A stretch of DNA of 64,000 nucleotides from Flaccisagitta enflata (GCA_965153355.1 OZ231126.1:25420001-25484000); one strand, 5' to 3'; numbered from the stretch's first letter, positions 16,164 to 29,406 are shown. The notes: generated by a model not told the origin, from the sequence alone. Made by a program: numbers and translations.

Positions 16164-16472
16164 AAACTAAAAGCAAGCAGCAACAACAACATGCTGGCAA
16201 CAACAACAACAAAAGAAACAACAACATAACAACAGCAAACAGCAGCAGCAAAACAACAACAACTAACCAACAACAATGACAACGACAACGACAGCGACAA
16301 CGACAACAGCGGCAGCAGCAGCAGCGACAACGTAGCGGCGGCAAGCGACAACGACGACGGCAGCAGCAGCAAACAACGACAGCAACCCAACAACATAGCA
16401 TTAGCAAAACAGCAGCGACAGCGGCAACTTATGGAGACAGCAACCCAACAGCGACTGGGACGAACCAACAGC

Positions 16473-16503
<31 letters not shown>

Positions 16504-16701
16504 GCAACGACAACAACAGCAACGCTGCCTTAACAACAGCAACAACAGTTTAGCAACGGTTTGAGCCTCATATCGTCATTCAAATAACAACATTGAGCCT
16601 CAGCCAAAAGCGTGTAAAGAATGGACGGATCCTTTCTCGATCGACGATGAGAAAGATGATCAGAAAGATGATCAGGAAGAGGTTCGCTAACAACCACAAC
16701 C

Positions 16702-16751
<50 letters not shown>

Positions 16752-17007
16752 TACTGCGTTTATATCAAAAACGGAAAAAACATTAATTTTTCTTTTCCGA
16801 TCCTCCCTCGGTTTGACATCCTGTCGTTGAAATGATGTAGTGGAATTAAAAAGGTTTTACTGTGGTCATATGGGAAGGGGGGGGGAAGAGGGGTAAGTAG
16901 TTGGGGTAATTGTGAGGGAGAGAGATTGAAAGGAAGGTTCGTAAACGCGATGTTGAGTTTATGTACTGGAAGCAATGAGCCATTGAAAAGCAATAAAGCT
17001 TACACCA

Positions 17008-17012
<5 letters not shown>

Positions 17013-17072
<60 letters not shown>

Positions 17073-17372
17073 CACATACACATAACAAACAAACAAACAA
17101 ACAAACAAACAAACAAACAAACAAACAAACAAACAAACAGACAAACGCACATGGTAGAGTGGCTTAAGAAATAATCTAAGATCCTCTGTTGTTTTCTCCA
17201 TCTAGATCCGTGCAACTCACCTTATGGACTGTCCAATGCATAACGAGAGTATCTCTTGGGCAGGACGCATGATTGCTTAGTACAAAAGCGAATACTTGGA
17301 TCATCTTTTTAACAGAAAAATAATTCTCAAGTGATTTCATGAAGATAAAATATTTTTGTGGAAGGAGTGAGA

Positions 17373-17421
<49 letters not shown>

Positions 17422-17749
17422 CACACACACATACACATACACATAACAAACAAACAAACAAACAAACAAACAAACAAACAAACAAACAAACAAACAAACA
17501 AACAAACAAACAAACAGACAAACGCACATGGTAGAGTGGCTTAAGAAATAATCTAAGATCCTCTGTTGTTTTCTCCATCTAGATCCGTGCAACTCACCTT
17601 ATGGACTGTCCAATGCATAACGAGAGTATCTCTTGGGCAGGACGCATGATTGCTTAGTACAAAAGCGAATACTTGGATCATCTTTTTAACAGAAAAATAA
17701 TTCTCAAGTGATTTCATGAAGATAAAATATTTTTGTGGAAGGAGTGAGA

Positions 17750-17825
<76 letters not shown>

Positions 17826-18112
17826 AAAAAAACAAACAAACAAACAAACAAACAAACAAACAAACAAACAAACAAACAGACAAACGCACATGGTAGAGTG
17901 GCTTAAGAAATAATCTAAGATCCTCTGTTGTTTTCTCCATCTAGATCCGTGCAACTCACCTTATGGACTGTCCAATGCATAACGAGAGTATCTCTTGGGC
18001 AGGACGCATGATTGCTTAGTACAAAAGCGAATACTTGGATCATCTTTTTAACAGAAAAATAATTCTCAAGTGATTTCATGAAGATAAAATATTTTTGTGG
18101 AAGGAGTGAGAA

Positions 18113-18172
<60 letters not shown>
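17013..18172 (+). repeat. Tandem triplication of a ~370-bp unit [(AG)n-(CAAA)n-unique]
   Basis: The unique part recurs at about 17138, 17514 and 17877; single copy in B (about 48770-49018). Confidence 0.9.
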
Positions 18173-18176
<4 letters not shown>

Positions 18177-18403
18177 AAGAAAGTAGAAAGAGATTTCCAG
18201 TGGAAGTAGAAGATTAGTTTCTCTGCTCAGTGCGTATAAAGACGTTGCCTAGGCGTCAGTGAGCTCGTAGAAACTTCATTTCAAATTCATTTCATTTTCA
18301 TTTTTTGGGCAAATTCAAGGATATACGAAATAGGATCTTTTTTGGCGCCTGCGCGGCCAACTCATATCTTTTTATGCTCTAGCAGTACTCAACATAGCAA
18401 GAA

Positions 18404-19096
<693 letters not shown>

Positions 19097-19468
19097 GCGT
19101 CAGCCCACTCACTCTCTGTCGTTATTGGGTGGTGAGATGAAAAAGCGGTCAATCTGAAACTCGACCAAATTCTCATTTTCTCTCATTTGCTTTGAGACCA
19201 CTTTTGGTCCGTGTTACGCATCCGAGGCATGTCTGACCAAAACACTGCTTCTTCTTCTTCTTTTTTTCTTTATTCCATCCTTTCCTTTCCCCCTTTCTTT
19301 TCTCCTTCTCACTTTTATCCATCTTCTCTTCACTCTTCAGTCTCTCTTTTTGGGCAGCTGCACCAAAGGGTCGATGTCCTGTAGGACACAGGGATGAATT
19401 TCCATATGTCCTACCGTCCCCCCCCTAGAGTTTCTCAAGCCTCAAATTCTCATTGAATAACATAGGTA

Positions 19469-20895
19469 CTATCTTGCTAAAAAGTATATCGACAAAATAC
19501 AATACAGTTCAATTTTTTTATCAATTAATGCATTTAACATTTGTAAAATACCACTTTTACTTAGTTTGACCTTCCTTGGCATCAACTTTAGCTTTCATGC
19601 GGCTTGGTATGGTTTTGTAAAGCAATTAAAAGAAGGATGGTGTGGTGTTCTCCCCACATCTTGAAAGCGATTTTTTTCAGTGCAGCCTTCGACGTGGCGC
19701 GTTCTTAGTTCTATAGCTTCTTAATTTGAATTCAAAATTCAGTCAGTTTTAGGTCTGTGCTGTTTTCAAACCAACATAGAAACTACTTCACGCCATGGTG
19801 AATGCTTCGTTTTCACGGCGCAGTGTGCCAGAGCAATACTCTTCCATAACTGGTGTCTTCCATAATTGCCAAAATTCTAAAATGCAATATTTTCGCCATT
19901 TTCTACTTGAAGTAGCAACTTTGTTTTGCTTGTCATTTCTGAACAAATAGACTTAGAATAATGCGGTTTGCGCCATTAGATCGGAAATTCGATGAAGTTT
20001 CCAGACATCACCGATTTTCTTATGATTGCATTATTTTTTTGGTAGTTATGTCCCATAATGCTTGTCGATATAGCAAGGAGGAGGAGTTCTCTCTCCTGTC
20101 TTCTACTGCATTTACGTCGACGATTTGGTTGCAATTCTGGTGGCAGTGGGCGTTGGCTGCTATCTGTGCGGAAAGTTTCTCTCCATCCTTCTTTACGCCG
20201 ATGACATGGCGCTATTAGCTCCATCCTTGAAAGGTTTGCAGACTCTTCTTCAAGTCACGGAATCCTATTGCAAGCAATGGGACATTCTACTGAACACCAA
20301 AAAAACTAAGAATATGTTCTTTGGTAAAAAGTTCAAATTGCCAAACCTCGTGCTTGATGGCAAAATCGTTGAATGGGTCGATACCTGGACGTATCTTGGC
20401 GTCAAACTCCGCTCACACAAGAATTTCAACTGCAGCATCGACAACAAGGTCAAGGCCTTTTATCGCTGTGCCAACGCCATCTTACGCATTGACGGCCGTT
20501 CTGACGAGATGGTGATGCTCCATCTACTAGAAACACATTGCACCTCTATACTGACGTACGCAATTGAAGTCATCTGCATCGCCGATAGAGATGAGCGTCG
20601 CAAACTAAGAGTTGCCTATAACTCGATCTTCCGTAGAGTATTTGGATATCGTGACTGGGAATCGGTCACAGACTTGCAGCATGCATTGGGACGCAAAACT
20701 TGGGAAGAACTTATCGAAAGCAGAACTGCTAAATTTCTCCTAAGCGTTACTGAACGCCCGTCCTTTGCCTAATGTGTTATGCAACCATTGTTTATCTCCA
20801 TTTTCTATCATCCTTGTCCAATTTGCCGTTTTGTTTTGTTTGCCTTTTGTGCTACATGATAATCATGTGAATAAACTGGATATATAGCAAGATAG
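19469..20895. mobile_element. Non-autonomous TIR DNA transposon with TA target duplication (copy A only)
   Basis: TA|CTATCTTGCTA ... TAGCAAGATAG|TA; empty site in copy B near 50091-50104 (cataggaaattgat). Confidence 0.85.
20125..20875 (+). mobile_element. 5'-truncated LINE: RT C-terminal ORF (20125-20772) plus 3' UTR, inside the TIR element
   Basis: GVGCYLCGKFLSILLYADDMALLAPS..GLQ.LL...NTKKTK...YLGV carries the RT catalytic YADD motif; open to its stop, followed by AATAAA at 20870. Confidence 0.9.
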
Positions 20896-21799
20896 TAATT
20901 GATAAAATGCATAGTTCCCATTGAATAACATGGAAAATTGATGAAAAATGAAAAATTGTGAAATTTCCATTGAATGGCAAATTTCCATTGAATGGCAAAT
21001 TGATGAGAAATTGAAAGAAAATGCAAAACCCCCATTGAATATCATGGAAAATTGCTCCTAAGGCTTCAAATATGCCCCCTCAGGGTCTTTTGGGGCCACT
21101 GCCCGGCTCTCGCTCCACTTTTTCAGCTATCACTCCAAGCAGGGCATCGGATACCGCTGACCATGTGCGATCCTTGGATAGTTGGATGACTTGTTAATCA
21201 TTATCTAATTAGCTGGCTCGGACGTATCAAGAGTTATCTCAGTCCTCCTTCTTACATCCACTTAATCAGTCTTGTTCACGTCTGGCGAGTCTCAAAATAA
21301 ACCGTCCAACACCTTTTATTTTAGTCTCGTAATGATACATGTATGATAAGGATCATGTCAGTCCCTTCATATAACGATGCTGGATAGTTGGTTGATTTGG
21401 CGAAGGTAGTGGTATCGCATTGAACACCTTTTTTCCCCATCTGCAATCACAATCCCCCATTTTCTTTTTCCAACTATACTCAATTCCCTTTGCGTGTCTA
21501 ACCTTTCTCGCCCTATCAACCAACCAGCCGCCCCAAAGTCCAAACCATCCCCTTGCTACTTCATCACTCCCTCGTTTTGGTTTAAACTTTCGCTTTCTAC
21601 TATCTTCTTCCCCCCCCCCCCTCCCCCTTTCAGATCCTACCTCCATATCTCTCTCGTCTCTCTTCTCCCCCCCCCTTCCCCCTTCCAAAATCTCTTCTGG
21701 CTGACCAAACATCTGCGCGTGAGTGAATCTTCGAGGTTTATCTCGTCTTGTCCATGTTTGGCCTAATTGAATCTTGGATCTCGACTCGTCACAGCCAAA

Positions 21800-22380
21800 C
21801 TGACTCGATTCAACGATAGTTCTATGGATCTACCCACTTCTCTTGCTGACTGTGGTCAACATTAAGCGGTGCATGAACAATGATGACCGTTGCTGGGGTA
21901 AGAATCTGTTCACGATGGTTCAACCAGCATCTGTAGCTGACTGTGGTCAAAATTTAGCAATGGATGAACAGTGGTGACCGTAACTGAGGCAGACTCAATT
22001 CAACGATAGTACTTCCCACTTCTATAGCCGGTTCTGGTCAACATTTAACAGTGCATGATCAGTGGTGACCATTACTGAGGCAGACTCCATTTAACGATAG
22101 CACCACCCACTTCTCTGGCTGACCGTGGTCAACATTTAGCAGTGGATGAACAGTAAGACGTAGCAACCGTCAGTCCGTCACTGAGTCAGAATTGATTCAA
22201 CGATAGTATGACTTCTCTGGCTGACTTTGGTCAACATTTAACAGTGCATGACCAGTGGTGACCGCTACTGAGGCAGACTCCAATTGACAATAGCACCACC
22301 CACTTCTCTGGCTGACTGTGGTCATCATTTTGCAGTGCATCAACATTGAACAGTGATGACTGTTGCTGGCTCTGTCCACT
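21800..22380 (+). repeat. Minisatellite, ~91-bp unit, about 6 copies (copy B 52780-53360)
   Basis: Recurrent cacttctctggctgactgtggtcaacatttagcagtg. Confidence 0.85.
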
Positions 22381-22835
22381 TCTTTAGCTGTGGTCTAACC
22401 ATGAACTCGATTCACTAAATGCATTGGAATTAGATTTAGTTATCTCTTGTCACGTCTCGATATCTTTTTTTTTTTTTTTTTTTTTTTTTGGACAGTCTGG
22501 TGAAATCTAACTTTACCGGTCAAATTTAGTATTTCTTTTTTTACATCAAATCATCAATGCTCCTGGCCTATGACACAAGGAGCTTCTGTGCCTCCGCTCG
22601 CTACAGAAGAAAATTGCAGTGTATCCACCGGGCCGGTGGTACAGGAAATTTCCACTAATCTCTGTTACCCTGCGCTTACATCCCTCCAGGCCAGAGCTAT
22701 CAAAATTTTTCGACACTTTCCTGCCCTTAAATCCTCACCCCTCACCCCCAAGACCGCACTCAGGCACACCCCAACTCACTCTAAATGCAAATCTCTATTC
22801 GGTCTGGACACCATCGTCTGATTATCGGGAAAATT

Positions 22836-22892
<57 letters not shown>

Positions 22893-23016
22893 TCTCTAAG
22901 GCAGACGCTTTGTTCAACTGTTTGTTAGTCATGAGGAGGGGTTGCGTTTGGTCAGCTGACCTGACCTCTGTCTGACTACCAGCCTTGTCCCTCCCTCTCC
23001 TCCGTCTTTCTCCCTC

Positions 23017-23114
<98 letters not shown>

Positions 23115-23439
23115 ACACACGCACGTTGCCTTTTCCAAACACAGTCCTTCATTTACAATTGAATGCTATCGTGTCTGCCTCAGAAAAGAGAATGTATTGT
23201 GATCGCCAAATCGACATTGGGATTGTCTAAAATGTGGTGCGCCAAACCTGGCGGAATCCAGACATTGCTCTTTCAACTGAAGTAAATCTGAAATATACCA
23301 GTAATGGCGACTGTCGCCATGAGGAAAAAATTTGTAAGCATTGGTCACTTTTCACAAAGCTTTTGTCTTCAATCACTGGAATTTTTCTTGTTAGATTTTT
23401 CTTTGTTAGATGAAATAAAGAGCAATTGTATGTGTTGAG

Positions 23440-23820
23440 CAACTGAAAATCAGAGAAATGAGCTAGATGAGCTAAAATATTCAAACTCACTCAACCAGAC
23501 AACCAGCTATGCTCACTGACATGCTTTCTTGTATTTGCATGTTCAAATCAAAACATTTATTCATTCATCTTATTTGAAATCAGAAAAAAAGAGCGAGCTA
23601 AATGAGCTAAATGAGCTAATATACTTAAAAACACCTTCACAGATGTGCAGCTCTGCTCACTGACATGCTTCCTTGTATTTGCTTGCCTAAACATGTATCA
23701 AAATATCTATTCATTTATTTTATTTGAAATCAGAAAAAAAAGACATAGCTAAGATGCTCAAAAACACCCTCACGTATGAGCAGCTATGCTCATAAACATG
23801 TTTTCTGGTAACATATTTCC
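23440..23820 (+). repeat. ~130-150-bp tandem repeat, about 3 copies (copy B 54445-54830)
   Basis: Recurrent gaaatcagaaaaa and cagctatgctcactgacatgctt. Confidence 0.7.
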
Positions 23821-24799
23821 AAGCTCAAACAAACCGCCTGTATCTGACTATTTCAGTATTGGTGCGAAACTCAATAGGATACAGGTCTCCAACTGATGAC
23901 CAGAAGCTGTTTTTGCCAATTTTTCGAAGCTTAAATAAATATTTCTTTTTCCATTTATAGTGTTATATGGACATTCACTTTTTACCCTTCATGGAGACCT
24001 ATCATCCCATGATATATCATCTTAGAAGATGAAGGCTTAATTCCCTTTAATTATTTTGAAAAGATGACCTTAACCCCTTAGTAATAATTCACCATGTCCC
24101 AGCCCCCTTAATTGAGGAAAAGGATCAAAACTGGGGATATGGACCCCTCAGTTCCAATTTTTCAGTTAAGCCTAACTTATAATATAGCTGAATTGTAAAA
24201 CCCATTCATGCCAGAAGTCAGCGCCAGATTAAGGTTACTATATTATAACTCCCTTAAAATTTCTTATTCATAACTTATTTTGTAAGATTTAAAAAAAACC
24301 TTAATATCTGTATAAAAATACCAATTCATAGGTTACTGATAATTGTTTCTTTAACCAAAAAGTTACAGGTTATAGCCTAAGATTGGATTTGTATGTATAT
24401 GAGTGGAAGCATATCTTGTGCAGAAATAAAGTTCTTTTTGCTTTTACAGTTGACAAGGATTTTGTAACTATATTTTAACTTTTTTTTGCCTCTGTCATAA
24501 ATACACTCCTTCATTGATCCTACACAAAATCATAAAAAGAAAATGAAAAATTCAATTTGAATTTTTCCTAATTAAATCTTTAGAAAATCATAATGCAAAA
24601 AATATTTGTTGTAGAGCATTTTGCTTGGCGCCAAATGAAAGAGAATTATCAAATTCACCTACTATCTTGGAAAAAAGTTTATCGCATTTGTGACTAAGGG
24701 TCATTTTATGGACAAGATAATACAATAAACATGTCTGTAACAATCTTGATACTTGGTCTTACCTTCCTTGACATTTCAAAACGCTCTTTTGCGTCTCAT

Positions 24800-25110
24800 C
24801 ATGCTTTCATACTGCAACTGAAGGTGTGATAGATAGCTTGATCTTCATCCAGACTTTAGCGCGATTCTTTTTAGTCCTGCCATTCTCGACTTTGCCATTG
24901 CTTCAATAGAAGCCATAGAGATTCAATCAGGTTAAAATCTGGGCTGTTCCTGGGCCAATTGGAGCAGTGTTTGACCTTTGACACTGTGCCTTTGATGCCA
25001 TTGCTTCGCCGAAATAGCCAGTGAGCGGGTGCACCATCTTCCATGAACCGGGTTTCAAAAATGCCATTTTCATTCCATTTTTCTAAAAAGGTACCTAACT
25101 TCATTCAGCT
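24800..25110 (-). mobile_element. Tc1/mariner (DDE_3) transposase relic, copy A
   Basis: FMEDGAPAH...NWPRNSPDFNLIESLW matches the Tc1 QDNAP.H / WP.NSPDLNPIE.LW motifs; disrupted. Confidence 0.8.
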
Positions 25111-25511
25111 CTCATCTCTAAACGGTCAGCATCAGAGTAATGCGGTTGGAGCCAACTGCTAGAAAATTCAGACGTTTCAAAATCTCACCAATTTTTCTTA
25201 GATTTTTTTTATTTGTAAAGGAGATATGAGGCTTTAAGTGATGCAATAAACTTATTTCCAAGGTTGTACCCTATCAATTTCAGGCCACATTCGCTCAATC
25301 GAGACACTCAACTTTCCCATAAGAAAATGAAAACCATGTTTCTCTAGAATATGTCAAAAAGTTGAGCACTGACTTCGACTTTTTTCTCTGACCATTGTAA
25401 TCAGGTAAATGTTGAGTAACTGTTGTTTAACCATGTGCTGCTTTGACATTGAGTTGGTTTGGTTGGTTGGCTGATTTGTTCTTTTTGACTAAGATCTTTT
25501 GTGTTTTTAGG

Positions 25512-25736
25512 TTTTTAGTCGCGTGCTACGCGACTCTACACCCCGCTTTGTCGGTCCATCCGTCCGTCCATCCGTCCGTCCGTGGGTCCGTCCGTCCGTC
25601 GGTCCGTCACACTTTACTTTTTTTTGGGTTATTGGGATTTTTGGATTCACTGCTCCTGCCCAAATGATCTGGTGACCTCAATTACAGCCCCTGCCCACCC
25701 GCACGCGACTGGGGTAGCCGTGTATCCGGCCTTGTT
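25512..25736 (+). mobile_element. Helentron-associated element (DINE-1/HINE-like), family 1; copy A only
   Basis: TTTTT-AGTCGCGTGCTACGCGACT 5' hairpin, (GTCC)n microsatellite, subterminal IR GCACGCGACT, 3' stem-loop GCCGtgtatcCGGC, CTTGTT end. Inserted in a T run with no TSD (empty site 57094-57100). Confidence 0.8.
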
Positions 25737-26336
25737 CAAGGTACTGTCACCATTGCTTCTGTTCCTTCCCAATTCCCAATTACCATACATTCTTCCCTGT
25801 TTTTTTTTTTCACTCCTGTTGCTTACCTGCAACTCATCAGCATGCCCTACATAAACTAACAAACAAGTCCTTTGATCTAAAAAATATATGTTTAGGTTAT
25901 GCAGCATATAACCTGCATGGGAGGAGTGAGTACACTGAAATAAACTTTTCTTTTTCAAAATCTTGGATTGATCTTGATGATTCTTATAATCTCCGTTAGA
26001 CGTTTTGCAGAGTCTGTGATCATTGACATGCTCATCTTTTTTGGCGCGCCATCACTCACAGTCGTTACCTCATTCGATTCCGTTTTTGTGTGTGTTTTTG
26101 TGGTTTCTAATCGCCTCAGAAATTTCCTCCTTACAAAAGAAGTCTTCTCATCAATTGGGGGCGGAATTTGGTTGATTGATTGGTCATGACTATGTGGGCA
26201 AATCTAAAGACGTAAACCAGTTGATGTCTACAGTCAAGGCTTGGTTTGTGGTTTTGGTGGTGGTGGTGGTGGTGGAGGTGGAGGTAAAGGCGGTGCCTAT
26301 GGCGAGGGATGGATGAGAAGTTGATTTTAGGTGGTA

Positions 26337-26438
<102 letters not shown>

Positions 26439-26788
26439 GCCTACATCGCACCCTGTTCATACCAGCATCCTCAATCCGTCAGTAGTTTCCCACCCTATGT
26501 TCTTTTTTTCTGGTTCGTCTTTCTCCATTTGATTAGTGTGCTGAGTGACGCTGATCAAAGCACCGTCTAAAAGGTCAAATTCAGAAACCGAGTGGTTGAG
26601 AAACTGAAACAGAATAAAGCAGAGAATTTCTGAATTTTTCGCTTCGCACTGGTATTTCCTCCCATGTACCTCCTAAATCATGTGATCATTGACCAGGCTT
26701 TTTTCGTTTCTATATTTCTATCGATAAATTTGTCTGTTTCTAACTTTCTCTATGTTTCTGGCAATGCGTCTCTATTCTCTGCTTCTCA

Positions 26789-27052
26789 TGGCGTGTTTCT
26801 AGTGAAGATGAAAAACGCGTTTGTTCCCATGAAACGCGTTTACAGCGTGAACACATATTCAAGAATTTCAACCGTCCCACAAGGGAGTGAGCGAAGTGAG
26901 TGAGCAAGCCCGAGAACAGAGCGAGCGAGCAAAGCAACCATGGTGAAGCAAGCGTAGCGAAGCAAGCACTGTAAGCGGTGCAAGCGAATGAATGTGGCGA
27001 GCGACCAAGTGGCCTCTTCAAAACGCGATTGTCTCTGACTAGAAACGCCCCC
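26789..27052. mobile_element. PIF/Harbinger-type MITE (copy A only)
   Basis: Ends TGGCGTGTTTCTAGT and ACTAGAAACGCCCCC, flanked by TCA/TAA; empty site ctgctttTAAgtct in copy B near 58308-58320. Confidence 0.7.
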
Positions 27053-27432
27053 TAAGTCTAAGAATATATATGTGTCTGAAAAATGACTATGAAAATGGGA
27101 CAACATTACTACGCAATCCCTATCTTATCAAAGGGTGAGAGCTTTTGGAGCTCTCAATGGTGTTTCATCCGGACCCATTACAACTATCGCTAGCATTCAA
27201 TAACAACTAAGACCATCTATGAAATGGAGTTTATAGAATTTGTCCCCTTCCTTATTCGAAACATTCATAATTGATAGGGGGCATTATAAAAACACAAATC
27301 TTTGTTTAAGTAATCACAATTTTTTTTTCTATAGTTTTAATCATCGCGAAAAAAAATGTCTTTTCACTTTTTACAGCTCTTCCAAGATTCGACAAACAGC
27401 ACATCTGATTTAACAGCGTCAACCTACATTCA

Positions 27433-27920
27433 TTATTGCAAAACTTTCTTCCACATTCTAACGTTTCGGAGAGAAACTACACCATTTTTTTGAAGCGTGT
27501 TCAACACTCTGACTCCTAAACATCGAAACTTGGAAACAATTTCCGGTTTCACGTCGCAATACTTGGTAAAATAATGACTCGGCCAAGCGGTGTTAGATCT
27601 GTCCTCGCACAAGACGACCCAATTGCCAGCTTCTTTGCATTCTTGATCGTTTGAGCCGACGAATTCCCACATGGTAGGCGCTTGCTCCAAGCAACAACTA
27701 CCACGTGGACGGAAAGAGACTCTGGCGGGCGTGAAGGCGGCGTCGACCGGAAATTGATACCAGACCATTTCGGGGAAAGTGCGTTTGTTGCCGTCTTTTT
27801 CGTTGTGCCATCCGTTGGCCTTGTGTTCCGGCGTCATGAAGGCCTTTTCCGCCGTCCATTGGGCGTCCCAGACGCCAGTCGAGCCCGCGGAACCACCCGC
27901 GAACTTCACCTCCGTCATGG
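27433..27920 (-). CDS. Last coding exon of a secreted galactose-binding-domain-like (F5/8 type C / F-type lectin-like) protein, copy A
   Basis: 161-aa non-repetitive ORF preceded by the acceptor tttctcgcag|CC ATG. It contains AEKAF..GWH..P.MVWYQF..RVSFRPRGSCCLEQ..FVGSND..W..FRCLGVRV, the strand pattern of discoidin/F-type lectin domains. Against copy B I count 7 synonymous and 2 non-synonymous differences. Confidence 0.85.
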
Positions 27921-28511
27921 CTGCGAGAAAGAAGATACATGTTTTTGGTCGTGTGGTAATGCGGGCATACGGGCCCGCGTATCGGAAGCCCTACCGCTTC
28001 TTTTCATGTGTCCTAATGGTTACCGACTTAAAAATTTTCAGTACAATTTGTCACTACTCACTTCTCATTACAGAATAACAGAGGTGTATATAATTGAGTC
28101 GCTTTTGATTCCCCCCCTAAAGCTATGATTTTCTACTCCATATGGCAGTAAAACAGTGCGGTTAAGTATTTTCCCCACCTATCTACAAACCCTTCGTAAC
28201 TCAATCATAAACAGGCCTGCAGAATAATGAGAGAAAATGTGCTGGATTAATCTAAGTTAGCCGGTTTAATGGAATTATGAGCCACCTTGCAAACAAATAT
28301 ACGGACACCGGGAAAGAAGCATCATTTTTGCAGGACTGTTGCTCTTAATAATTGGTAGCTACAACAACGACATTGGTCTCAATATAAATGGGGTCAGTAT
28401 CTGAATTTGATAAAGAGCCACCTTCTTCCAAAATTGATTCCTTTTTTCATGTGACGGTATACTAATTAGCAAATCAAAATTATTCTAGAAAGCGACCGAT
28501 TGGAATTGTAC

Positions 28512-28593
28512 CTGGTGGTCCAGCGTAGCATCGCGATACCAAAATTGCTTGAGCCATAATTGCAAGGAGAAATTTTGTTCTAGAAGAAAGCAT
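28512..28593 (-). CDS. First coding exon (signal peptide) of the lectin-like gene, copy A
   Basis: Encodes MLSSRTKFLLAIMAQAILVSRCYAGPP plus G|gtacaa, a phase-1 donor that joins in frame to the CC-ATG exon at 27920. It has 3 synonymous and 2 non-synonymous differences from copy B, and a TATA box about 100 bp upstream. Confidence 0.75.
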
Positions 28594-28689
28594 CTTTATA
28601 GATTTGTTCAAGCTACGAACTTGAACACTTGACGAACTGTTAAGTTTGAAAAATAATGTCTTACTTGAAAAGAAGAAGATTTATCCATC

Positions 28690-28697
28690 CTTTTATA
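28690..28697 (-). promoter_or_regulatory. TATA box of lectin-like gene, copy A
   Basis: TATAAAAG on the minus strand about 100 bp upstream of the ATG; conserved in copy B. Confidence 0.55.
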
Positions 28698-28880
28698 GCA
28701 ACTGCCGAGCCTGTCAAGTATTGTGAGAGACGTTAAAAACATGTACAATTTTTAAAGTATGCTCTTTTCTATTGCAGATTCATATGCACACGACTCTGCA
28801 GTCTGCACTCTGCTTTCTCAGTTCGTCTGCCAGTTCATCCATCGGTCCGTCTTTCTGTTGGTCTGTCACACCATACTTTT

Positions 28881-29091
<211 letters not shown>

Positions 29092-29092
29092 A

Positions 29093-29193
<101 letters not shown>

Positions 29194-29406
29194 ACACACA
29201 CACACACACACACACCAAAAAATAAAACATAGACAGAATAGTCGTACAAGGTTTTTTTTTCTCTGAAAAAAAGGGTTTCCTTTTTTTGGACCTCGAAGTT
29301 GTTACATTACACTTTTCTTTAACCGTTCATTCTTCATATTTAATACCGAATCGTTCCTAGTCACGTTGTTCCTTCAATATGAAATCCTGTTCGGTGATTG
29401 ATAACG

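Noticed and set aside
18235-18260. TATAAA followed by a TCAGT initiator-like motif
   Set aside because: Spacing is about 23 nt rather than about 30, and no downstream exon is evident.
21800-22380. Regularly spaced repeats resembling a CRISPR array or repeat protein
   Set aside because: The intervening sequences are homologous to each other, the ~91-bp unit is not a multiple of 3, the context is eukaryotic and there are no cas genes.
25968-26189. Hydrophobic plus-strand ORF present in both copies
   Set aside because: Non-ATG start and the composition of an antisense shadow; no other support.
27682-28128. Plus-strand and alternate-frame ORFs overlapping the lectin exon (also 58716-59389)
   Set aside because: Shadows of the real exon; A/B differences are synonymous in the lectin frame.
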